Assembly (NCBI RefSeq): GCF_014653435.1
Contig: NZ_BNAO01000001.1
Span: forward strand, 507,739-531,738
Direction of reading: 5' to 3'
Source: Alishewanella longhuensis
GTDB lineage: Bacteria; Pseudomonadota; Gammaproteobacteria; Enterobacterales; Alteromonadaceae
Length of the DNA: 24,000 nt
Part shown: positions 1 to 6,778 of the stretch, piece after piece
Layout of the letters: every line of letters begins with the position of its first letter
Position numbering within the stretch: position 1 is the stretch's first letter
Translations under genes and position numbers: made by a program
The notes under the pieces: model-generated
The model's database searches: none
What the model saw: the letters and a program-made list of their open reading frames with translations, nothing else
What the model was told of the DNA's origin: nothing

Positions 1-266
1 ATTCAACATACGCTTTCCTTACAGTTACTGTTTTAGCGACTTGATATGGCTTCTAATACTGATTGTCGCCAAGCTAAGATCATAAGGCCGCGATGTTGTG
101 AAACTGGTTATGCAGCCCAGAGCACCTTGTGCCAATGGGCATACTGTTTTGCTGGGTTTTGCTCACTGCTTATATAAATATTTACACTTAGGGGCACTTT
201 TGGCCTGCCCGAAATCAGGTTATTAGATTATGCTGAAATTACAATAATAAAACGAAGGATTGAAGT

Positions 267-1079
267 ATGCGCGAACTGATTGAAAAAGCAACAAACCTGC
301 CGTCAGTACCTAAAGTATTACAAGAATTAATGGCAGGTTTTGAGAGTAATACAGTTAATGGCGAGCGCCTTGCTACCTTATTGGCCAATGATCAAGCTAT
401 TACCGCCAAGGTATTACGCTTGGCCAATTCTGCCAAATATGGTGGTAACCGTAAAGTGGGTTCGGTAAAAGATGCGGTGTTGGTATTGGGCACCGATACT
501 TTACGCACTCTGGTGCTCTCGGTAAGTTTGTCGGGTACTTTTAAACCCCTTCCCAAGTTTGACTTAAATGCCTATTGGCGCTATTCGTTTAGAATGGCTA
601 ACCGCTGTAAGTATATGGCTAAAATGTTAAAAGTAGACGCTGAAGTGGCTTATACCTGTGGTTTGTTGCACGGTATTGGCGAGTACCTGATCCATATAGT
701 TAAGCCAGAGCAAGCCATTTTGATTGATCAGGAAGTGGCAATGGGTAACCGCCGTCGCGAAACTGAGATTAAGCATTTAGGCTTTGATTTTACCCAAGCG
801 GGTGCTGAACTAGCGCGCTTTTGGCGCTTTCCTGAACCCATTGCCTTGGCAATAGAGCACCAATATACGCCGGTTTATGGTGGCAAATTAGATCCCTATG
901 CCTCTTTAATTATGTTTGGTCGTTATTTGCTAGAGCATGAAAACGATGTAAAAGCCGAGCGGTATGAGTTATTCCCTGCTAAGTTGGCACACGCTTTACA
1001 TTTAAAACTGGAAGATACTTACAAACATATTACGCAAATGCCAGATTTGGATGCAGGGATCGACGACTTATTAAGTTAG
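267..1079 (+). CDS. HDOD domain-containing signalling protein
   Basis: 270-aa ORF. The N-terminal stretch LPSVPKVLQELM...NDQAITAKVLRLANSAKYGG and the later GLLHGIGEYL are typical of HDOD (degenerate HD-related) domains. A strong intrinsic terminator follows the gene. Confidence 0.85.
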   Translation: MRELIEKATNLPSVPKVLQELMAGFESNTVNGERLATLLANDQAITAKVLRLANSAKYGGNRKVGSVKDAVLVLGTDTLRTLVLSVSLSGTFKPLPKFDLNAYWRYSFRMANRCKYMAKMLKVDAEVAYTCGLLHGIGEYLIHIVKPEQAILIDQEVAMGNRRRETEIKHLGFDFTQAGAELARFWRFPEPIALAIEHQYTPVYGGKLDPYASLIMFGRYLLEHENDVKAERYELFPAKLAHALHLKLEDTYKHITQMPDLDAGIDDLLS

Positions 1080-1107
1080 TGTCCGGCTTTTCTGCTTTGA
1101 TTATTTA

Positions 1108-1141
1108 CAATCCCCGGCCCAAACCGGGGATTGTTTTTTTT
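1108..1141 (+). terminator. Rho-independent terminator of the HDOD gene
   Basis: Perfect 10-bp stem CAATCCCCGG (1108-1117) / CCGGGGATTG (1124-1133) with loop CCCAAA, followed by a T8 run at 1134-1141. It lies 29 nt after the stop codon. Confidence 0.9.
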
Positions 1142-1191
1142 AATGGCTAGCACCTAACATAAGTATATATCGCAATCTTGTGGAGAGTTTT

Positions 1192-1809
1192 ATGGATAAT
1201 CGTATGGTTTATTTTGACCAACAGCAACGCCTTAGCCTGCAAAGCGGCATAGCTTTACCGGCGGCGCAATCGCTTCTGCAGTTGGCGGGCCAGCAGGCAG
1301 TGGCTAGTACTTTAATTGCCATACCTAAGCCTGCTAGCCTGTTGGCCGAGCTTGAGCGAGCCTATAGCCAAGGCTATGAACAGCACGCCTCTACCGAGTT
1401 TGAACTGCAAGGTATTGCGGTTGCCGGTAGTGGTGATCCTTTATTGCATTTGGATTTGCTGGCCGAGGTAATACCGGCTTTTAAAGCCCAGCGGCATGGT
1501 GTGCCAGTAACGCTGGTCACTTATGGTTTAGTGGCACCGGCAGAGGCTGAGGTGCTTTGTCAGCAATTATTGGCGCTGGAAGTTGAAAAACTCGAAGTGT
1601 ATTTGCCCGCCGCTAACCCGCCAGCGTATCAACAAGCGGTGCAGCCCAAGCAGTTGGGCTTTGCGGAAGTGTGCCAGTTTATTCATACAGCGGCAGAGGC
1701 GGGTTTACCAGTAAGTTGTTTTGCTTATGCGCCCGTGAAACAGGTCAGCGAGTTGCGGGGACTGGCGAAAGAGCTGGGCGCACGCGAGTTTCTGCTGATT
1801 GGTAGTTGA
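1192..1809 (+). CDS. Hypothetical protein with a radical-SAM-like core but no CxxxCxxC cluster motif
   Basis: The ORF opens at GTG 1180, but ATG 1192 lies 6 nt after GGAG (1182-1185) and is preferred. GIAVAGSGDPLLHLDLLAEVIPAF...VTLVTYGL resembles the GGEPLL / beta-strand region of radical SAM TIM barrels. The protein has only three scattered Cys and no CX3CX2C. Confidence 0.6.
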   Translation: MDNRMVYFDQQQRLSLQSGIALPAAQSLLQLAGQQAVASTLIAIPKPASLLAELERAYSQGYEQHASTEFELQGIAVAGSGDPLLHLDLLAEVIPAFKAQRHGVPVTLVTYGLVAPAEAEVLCQQLLALEVEKLEVYLPAANPPAYQQAVQPKQLGFAEVCQFIHTAAEAGLPVSCFAYAPVKQVSELRGLAKELGAREFLLIGS

Positions 1810-1819
1810 ACAATGGTTT

Positions 1820-1854
1820 AGTTGCCAGTTAGCCTTAATCGGCAACTGGCAGCT
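1820..1854. terminator. Hairpin between convergent genes (possible bidirectional terminator)
   Basis: 1820-1830 AGTTGCCAGTT pairs with 1844-1854 AACTGGCAGCT (11 bp, one G-U). An inner GCC/GGC extension is present. There is no clear U-tract on either strand. Confidence 0.35.
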
Positions 1855-1872
1855 AGTAACATAGTGTGTGGG

Positions 1873-2574
1873 TTAAATACCGCTAACCCAATCCGGTAAA
1901 AACTCGATAGCCCATAGCTCTAACACTTTATCAAAACCGCTAAAAATCATCAGTGCAATTAACAACAGGGCATAACCAAGTAGTTTGCGGCCAAATTTAC
2001 CTGAGGTGCGCAACTTGGACAATTTTACTCCAGCAGCATAACCAACGGCTACTAGTGGCAGGGCAGTACCCAGGCCGAAAGCCAGCATCACACTAAACGA
2101 CATAAGCATACTTTGCCCGGTAGATGCTAACGCAATAGCTGCACCTAAGGTTGGTCCTACGCAGGGTAACCATACTAGCCCTAGCGAGCCGCCCACCACA
2201 AACTGAAAAGCTGGGTGATCAGTGTTTTCGGTAACTTGCCCACCTGAGGGTAGGTGGCTGGTTAAGCGTGAAAGCAACATCGAAAACTGCTGATTTAGCC
2301 AATCGACACTTAGAACCAAACCCATAGCTAACATAAAGTACGCCGCAAAGGTGCGCATAATCTCTGGCCCTAAACTCGCACTAAGTAATAGGTACGTTAG
2401 CAGAGATCCGCCAAGAGCAAAGGTTAAGGCCAAACCTGCAGCTAAAAACCATACTCCGGTGCGCGACGCGCGCATTGCCGAAGCGGTAACGGCAGGGATC
2501 ATCGGCAGCACACAGGGAGAAAGCAGGCTTAGTAAGCCTGCTAACAGTGCTAAAGGGATAGCAGTAAACTCCAT
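1873..2574 (-). CDS. ccdA: Cytochrome c biogenesis / thiol-disulfide electron transporter, CcdA (DsbD beta-domain) family
   Basis: 233-aa polytopic membrane protein. It carries the two signature membrane-embedded cysteines, LSPCVLPMIP and WLPCVGPTLG. Its start is 2 nt downstream of the thioredoxin gene stop, on the same strand. Confidence 0.9.
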   Translation of the reverse strand: MEFTAIPLALLAGLLSLLSPCVLPMIPAVTASAMRASRTGVWFLAAGLALTFALGGSLLTYLLLSASLGPEIMRTFAAYFMLAMGLVLSVDWLNQQFSMLLSRLTSHLPSGGQVTENTDHPAFQFVVGGSLGLVWLPCVGPTLGAAIALASTGQSMLMSFSVMLAFGLGTALPLVAVGYAAGVKLSKLRTSGKFGRKLLGYALLLIALMIFSGFDKVLELWAIEFLPDWVSGI

Positions 2575-2576
2575 AA

Positions 2577-3005
2577 TTAATCAGCTTTCTTATCGTGTTC
2601 AGCTATTGCTGCGAAAACGTCTTTTTCTTTGGTTTGTGCTACCGTTAACCATAGTTGTTCTTCACCACGGTATAACACTAAGGTAGATTGCCGCGGTGCT
2701 TTAAAATAGGTTACCCACTCCTTTTGGTTATCAAAATCGACTTCTAGCACCAGTAGTTCACTTTGCGGATTTGCTGCTAAATAGTCGTTTAGTACTGCAT
2801 GCTGTTTACGGCAAGTAGGGCACCACGGCGCAAACACATCAATCAGAATAAGTTTGCCGTCCGCTTGGGCCTGGCGAAACACATCTTCAGTAAAGGGTTG
2901 TTTATGCTTGGTTAAATGCTCAGCGGAAGCAGTTGCTGGATTGAAAAAGAAGATAGCACTAAGAATAGCCAAAACAGCCAGTGTTGTAGTTAGGATTGTT
3001 TTCAT
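2577..3005 (-). CDS. Exported thioredoxin-fold protein (WCPTC active site)
   Basis: I chose the internal Met (codon 35 of the supplied ORF, ATG at 3005-3003). It gives a classic signal peptide, MKTILTTTLAVLAILSAIFFFNPATASA, and has a GAGG Shine-Dalgarno upstream. WCPTC is a thioredoxin CxxC motif. The gene is co-oriented and nearly abutting with ccdA. Confidence 0.85.
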   Translation of the reverse strand: MKTILTTTLAVLAILSAIFFFNPATASAEHLTKHKQPFTEDVFRQAQADGKLILIDVFAPWCPTCRKQHAVLNDYLAANPQSELLVLEVDFDNQKEWVTYFKAPRQSTLVLYRGEEQLWLTVAQTKEKDVFAAIAEHDKKAD

Positions 3006-3090
3006 TTGAACCTCGTTAGTTAATAAAGCGAGGTCAGTGTAAGGTGAGGGGCTGAGCAGGGCATCAGCCAGAACAACGGTGTAATCAACC

Positions 3091-3151
3091 AAAACACCGG
3101 TTGGCACCTCAGAATAAACTTAGGTGTTTCGGTCGATTAGGCCGGTGTTTT
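3091..3151. promoter_or_regulatory. Repeated GGTGTTT/AAACACC motif in the divergent trx / DUF2282 intergenic region (candidate operator)
   Basis: AAAACACCGG (3091-3100) is the exact reverse complement of CCGGTGTTTT (3142-3151). A further GGTGTTT sits at 3123-3129, exactly 21 bp upstream of the copy at 3144-3150. A degenerate GCACCT lies at about 3104-3109. Confidence 0.3.
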
Positions 3152-3217
3152 AGTCAGGTTAGAAATACGCTCCGTCCGCTATATTGAAAGCGTACTATCA
3201 ACCCAGAGGTCTAAAAC

Positions 3218-3583
3218 ATGAAGCAAACATCACTTACCAAAATGCTACTCGCAGGCATTGCAATAGCAAGCATCACTGGTGTCGTGCATGCTGCGCCCAA
3301 CAGTCAGCTAACTCTTGCTGAGGGGGCGCCGGAGTCCGCGCGGCAAGATTTTAAAAAATGGACGGCTGGTGAGCGTGTCATAGGGCGTAGAGATAAATGT
3401 TATGGCATTGCACTTGCAGGTCAAAATGATTGTCGCGCTGGTGCGGGCACAAGTTGCGAGGGCTCCTCCACTATCGATTTTCAGGGTAATGCTTGGACTT
3501 TCACGCCACGTGGTCTGTGCGAGCATTTGATTACACCACATGGGCCGGGAGCTAAAACTGAACTGGCGCGGAATAATCCCTAA
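3218..3583 (+). CDS. bufA: DUF2282-family Sec-exported Cys-rich RiPP precursor (bufferin BufA-like)
   Basis: GAGG lies 8 nt upstream of ATG 3218. The signal peptide [25 protein letters not shown]|AP is followed by [44 protein letters not shown]. The four conserved Cys are codons 61, 72, 80 and 101, starting at nt 3398, 3431, 3455 and 3518. The stop overlaps the next gene start (TAATG). Confidence 0.85.
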   Translation: MKQTSLTKMLLAGIAIASITGVVHAAPNSQLTLAEGAPESARQDFKKWTAGERVIGRRDKCYGIALAGQNDCRAGAGTSCEGSSTIDFQGNAWTFTPRGLCEHLITPHGPGAKTELARNNP

Positions 3584-4455
3584 TGACAGACTTTAATGCG
3601 TGTGCCATTACCTCTATGTCACTGGGTTGCGGCATTAGTCTGAAAATGCTGCATTACCCAGCAGTATTAGAGTTGATGGACGAGGCATTATGGTTTGAAG
3701 TTCATACCGAAAACTATTGTGGTATCGGCGGTACGAAAATCGCTGCGCTGCGCGATGTTGCTGAGCGTTACCCAGTTAGCTTTCACGGTGTTGGCGCCTC
3801 GCTTGGGGGGCCTTCTCCGCTTTGCCAAACTCATCTGTCTCAGGTTAAACGGCTGGTTAAACAATTTAATCCTGCTCTTGTATCAGAGCATGCGGTTTGG
3901 TCGCGTCTGGAACAAAGCTACTTTGCCGATTTGTTACCTCTACCTAGATGTAGTCAGATTTTTCGAAATCTGGCCTCAGGTATTCAACAATATCAGGAGT
4001 GTATTCAGCGCCCAATCCTGATTGAAAATCCGACACATTATCTGAGTATGCGGCATGAGATGACAGAACCTGATTGGTTAATCGAATTGTGCAGGTTTAC
4101 AGGCTGCGGTGTGTTGCTGGATATTACCAATTTATTTCTAAGCGAAGTTAACTGCGGAATTAATGCCAGGGCTTACATTGATGCCATGCCCGCTTCGTTA
4201 ATCGGCGAGCTGCACATCGCTGGTTACTCGGTTGATCCGATTGAGGGTAACGCTTTGCTGATTGATAGCCATGATCATGCCCCGCAGCCAGAAGTATTAC
4301 AATTGCTGGCTTACGCATTGCGGCGCTTCGGTACTAGACCGGTGTTATTGGAGTGGGACGACAAAATCCCAACCTTAACTGAGCTGTTAGTACAGCGGAG
4401 AAAAATTGCAGCGCTTGTTAAGAGCGAAACACAAGAGAATCGTGCTGATGCGTGA
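3583..4455 (+). CDS. bufB: DUF692 / MNIO (multinuclear non-heme iron oxidase) family enzyme, BufB/MbnB-like
   Basis: 290 aa with DUF692 hallmark blocks: WFEVHTENY, FHGVGASLGG, VSEHAVW, LLPLP, ILIENP, LLDITNL, ELHIAGY, IDSHDH, LLEWD. It is translationally coupled on both sides. Confidence 0.9.
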   Translation: MTDFNACAITSMSLGCGISLKMLHYPAVLELMDEALWFEVHTENYCGIGGTKIAALRDVAERYPVSFHGVGASLGGPSPLCQTHLSQVKRLVKQFNPALVSEHAVWSRLEQSYFADLLPLPRCSQIFRNLASGIQQYQECIQRPILIENPTHYLSMRHEMTEPDWLIELCRFTGCGVLLDITNLFLSEVNCGINARAYIDAMPASLIGELHIAGYSVDPIEGNALLIDSHDHAPQPEVLQLLAYALRRFGTRPVLLEWDDKIPTLTELLVQRRKIAALVKSETQENRADA

Positions 4456-5224
4456 TTACTACACAGCCTTTGCGGATTTTTTGCAGCAGCAGAATGCTGC
4501 TGTATTGCAGCCCTGGTTGGCCTGTGCACCCGAGCAGGTTAGGCGGTTGCTGGTTTATCGTAACAGCAGCCTTAAGTCGTGTACGCAAGCACTGATAGCC
4601 AACTTCCCCATCAGCTGCACTTTACTCACGCAAGATGTCTTTCTGCCACTGGCAAGAGCCTTTGTGCTGCGGTGTCGACCAGTTAACACGGGTTTAGCCT
4701 GGTACGGGCAAGATTTCGCTGATTGGCTTGCTAGCAACCAAATAGTCCAATCTTATCCGTGGCTGCCTGATCTGGCAAAGCTGGAACGTGCCTGGCTAAA
4801 TAGTTTACTGGCTGTCGATGCAGAGCCGATAACCCCGGAACAACTGATCTCAAAAGCAGATGCAGGAGTCTCGCTTGAAACCCTACACCTTGGTTTGCAT
4901 CCCTCCGCCCAGCTACTTCAGGTTGAACACGATGTATGGCCTGTATTGTTGGCCGCGCGAGAACATCCACAACAAGTCCAACAAGTTGGAGTGTATGCAG
5001 CGAGGTTGAATTTACTGCTTTGGCGAGATCCTTCTTTTAACATCAGATGCCAGCTGGTTTATCCAGCTGAGTATGTCTTTTTGACAGCGCTGTTACAGCA
5101 TGGCACTTCGCTAGATTTGGCATGCAGCGCAGCAACCCGCGTTGATAAAAACTTGGACATTAGCCATTGGTTTGCTTTTTTGCTTGGCTCTGATCTTTTA
5201 ATTCCAGCTAATTCAGAGGAATAG
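4448..5224 (+). CDS. bufC: DUF2063-family partner protein (BufC-like)
   Basis: The ORF opens at 4406. ATG 4448 (MRDYYTAFADFLQQQ...) forms an ATGCGTGA stop/start overlap with the MNIO gene, and that N-terminus is typical of DUF2063. The length and position immediately after DUF692 match the conserved pairing. Confidence 0.75.
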   Translation: MRDYYTAFADFLQQQNAAVLQPWLACAPEQVRRLLVYRNSSLKSCTQALIANFPISCTLLTQDVFLPLARAFVLRCRPVNTGLAWYGQDFADWLASNQIVQSYPWLPDLAKLERAWLNSLLAVDAEPITPEQLISKADAGVSLETLHLGLHPSAQLLQVEHDVWPVLLAAREHPQQVQQVGVYAARLNLLLWRDPSFNIRCQLVYPAEYVFLTALLQHGTSLDLACSAATRVDKNLDISHWFAFLLGSDLLIPANSEE

Positions 5225-5227
5225 TAT

Positions 5228-5758
5228 ATGAGTTGGTACATGAATGTGCAAAGCAGGTATCTAACAATCTCTGGCTTGATACAGCGTTGGTTGGAGCCGC
5301 TGGTATTACTCTCGGCTCGTCTATTGATTGCGAAAGTGTTTTTATACTCTGGGCTGTCGAAATGGCAAGGCTTTCTGCAGTTCGACAGTAATAAGTATGA
5401 TCTTTTTTTATATGAGTTTTTTTGTCCGGAAACGATCCGGCCAGGAGCCTTGGTACTCTGTGATTCGGAAACTATGGAATATGCCCAGGGGGCTTTTGGC
5501 CAGCAGTTGGCGGAGCTATTGGCATTCTCTGCAGGGATCTTGGAGGTTTTTTTGCCGATATTGCTGGTTATCGGGCTACTCAGTCGTATTAGTGCGCTTG
5601 GTTTATTAACGATGACGTTGTTCATCCAATTAGCGGTATACCCCGATTGGGCGCATTTCTGGAATCCGGCTGCATGGTGGCTTGTCGTGCTAATGCTCCT
5701 AATGGTGCGTGGACCTGGATCATTATCTATAGACCGGCTTTTGAGATTGGAGCGTTAG
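5228..5758 (+). CDS. bufD: DoxX-family membrane protein (BufD-like)
   Basis: GAGGAA (5215-5220) precedes ATG 5228. The protein has 4 predicted TM segments and the DoxX-type block LLIAKVFLYSGLSKW. It starts 3 nt after the DUF2063 stop. Confidence 0.8.
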   Translation: MSWYMNVQSRYLTISGLIQRWLEPLVLLSARLLIAKVFLYSGLSKWQGFLQFDSNKYDLFLYEFFCPETIRPGALVLCDSETMEYAQGAFGQQLAELLAFSAGILEVFLPILLVIGLLSRISALGLLTMTLFIQLAVYPDWAHFWNPAAWWLVVLMLLMVRGPGSLSIDRLLRLER

Positions 5759-5765
5759 TTAATCT

Positions 5766-6686
5766 TTAGGAGTGTATTAGTCGGAAGTCACCAGGTGAAG
5801 TGCCGTGTTGTTGTTTAAAGAAGCGGATAAAGGCGGTGGCGGATTGATAACCGACTTGTTCGGCGATGCGATCTAAGCTTTGTTCGGTATGAATCAGTAA
5901 GTAACAGCTTTTTTGCAGCCGCAATTGGTCTAACAACGATTTCGCCGTCATTCCCATGATTTTATTGCAGCGCTCGGCAAAAGCACTTTTTGATAAATAG
6001 GCCAGCTCAGCCATATTATCCACAGTCCAATTGGCTTCTGGTTTATCCATCACGGCCAATACTACGCGTCTTAATGCCGTATCTTGCAATGCTGCCAGCA
6101 GCCCTTGGCTGATGTGTTCATCGGTAAGTACCTGGCGGAGTAAGTGCAATACAACGACATCACTTAAACGACTGATCGCGGCTTGGTAGCCCGGCTGACG
6201 CAGAATGGTTTCTTCCTGGATAAGTGCGACAAGGGGCGCTAAACGGCTCGATTGTCGATCTGCAGGTAAGTGAATATAGTCGGGCATAATTTGTAATACG
6301 TTCGCGGTTAATGGGGACTGAATGGCAATGTCGTAGCACACTAAGCCGCGTTCAATATGTTCAGGAACGCAGAAGTTTTGCAATTTAACCGGCGTGCTTT
6401 GCGCAGTAACCGGTTGGTCGCTAAGCCAATGGCGAAGGCCATGGCTAAAAAAGATCGCATCACCGGCACGCAGTTGTATCTGCTCGGAAAGGCGTCCAGG
6501 GATTGCCATCCATAAACTGCCTTGCGTCACAATATGTAGAGCAGCCTTATCAGATTTATCACTTAGCAAATTCCAATTATCGCAAAAGCCTGATTCAAAG
6601 TGCAGCGCCGATCCAAATGCCAGCTGAGCCAACAGCTGATCTAATGCTTCCGGTGTTTCGGTTGATAAGGGCGTTGTTTTGGTCAT
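5766..6686 (-). CDS. AraC-family transcriptional regulator (N-terminal cupin-like sensor plus C-terminal dual HTH)
   Basis: 306 aa. The C-terminus, WTVDNMAELAYLSKSAFAERCNKIMGMTAKSLLDQLRLQKSCYLL...IAEQVGYQSATAFIRFFKQQHGTSPGDFR, is a canonical AraC HTH pair. The N-terminal HFESGFCDNW...AGDAIFFSHGLRHWL looks cupin-like. Confidence 0.9.
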   Translation of the reverse strand: MTKTTPLSTETPEALDQLLAQLAFGSALHFESGFCDNWNLLSDKSDKAALHIVTQGSLWMAIPGRLSEQIQLRAGDAIFFSHGLRHWLSDQPVTAQSTPVKLQNFCVPEHIERGLVCYDIAIQSPLTANVLQIMPDYIHLPADRQSSRLAPLVALIQEETILRQPGYQAAISRLSDVVVLHLLRQVLTDEHISQGLLAALQDTALRRVVLAVMDKPEANWTVDNMAELAYLSKSAFAERCNKIMGMTAKSLLDQLRLQKSCYLLIHTEQSLDRIAEQVGYQSATAFIRFFKQQHGTSPGDFRLIHS

Positions 6687-6732
6687 TGTGCGTTGTTGCC
6701 TGTCTTCCTACACTGCATCAACTAGTTAGTCT

Positions 6733-6754
6733 AAGGTTTGTGCAAGGTTTTGCA
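6733..6754. promoter_or_regulatory. Tandem direct repeat AAGGTTTGTGC / AAGGTTT-TGC in the araC-divergent intergenic region
   Basis: Read directly from the sequence: 6733-6743 AAGGTTTGTGC is followed immediately by 6744-6753 AAGGTTTTGC. It sits 25-45 nt upstream of ATG 6779. AraC-family sites are commonly direct repeats. Confidence 0.3.
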
Positions 6755-6778
6755 AAGCTAAAATATCAAAGGTGTGTA

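Noticed and set aside
115-150. Small hairpin (GCCCA...TGGGC with inner GCAC/GTGC) followed by TGTTTTGCTGGGTTTTGC near the window start; possible terminator of an upstream gene or an sRNA
   Set aside because: The stem is short and interrupted, the U-tract is broken, and the upstream gene is outside the window, so it cannot be supported.
2351-2686. 111-aa plus-strand ORF overlapping ccdA and the thioredoxin gene
   Set aside because: It is antisense to two motif-supported genes and has no features of its own.
3006-3107. N-terminal 34-codon extension of the thioredoxin ORF
   Set aside because: The internal Met gives a canonical signal peptide and has a GAGG SD. The extension has no SD and would bury the signal peptide.
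3308-4970. Cluster of short ORFs (3308-3541 -, 3695-4021 +, 4311-4529 -, 4555-4737 -, 4731-4970 -) overlapping the RiPP operon
   Set aside because: All are out-of-frame or antisense shadows of the DUF2282, DUF692 and DUF2063 genes. Their translations are Cys/Arg/Ser-rich with no recognisable domains or ribosome-binding sites.
5059-5625. 188-aa ORF on the minus strand, antisense to the DUF2063 3' end and the DoxX gene
   Set aside because: It lies entirely inside better-supported plus-strand genes. The translation is low-complexity (rich in S, K, N and R) with no motif and no SD. It is a typical shadow ORF.
6503-6778. 92-codon N-terminal extension of the 6503-7228 ORF, and the 6394-6627 ORF
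   Set aside because: The extension overlaps the AraC-family gene on the opposite strand by 184 nt. ATG 6779, with its AGGTG SD, leaves a sensible 92-bp divergent promoter region.
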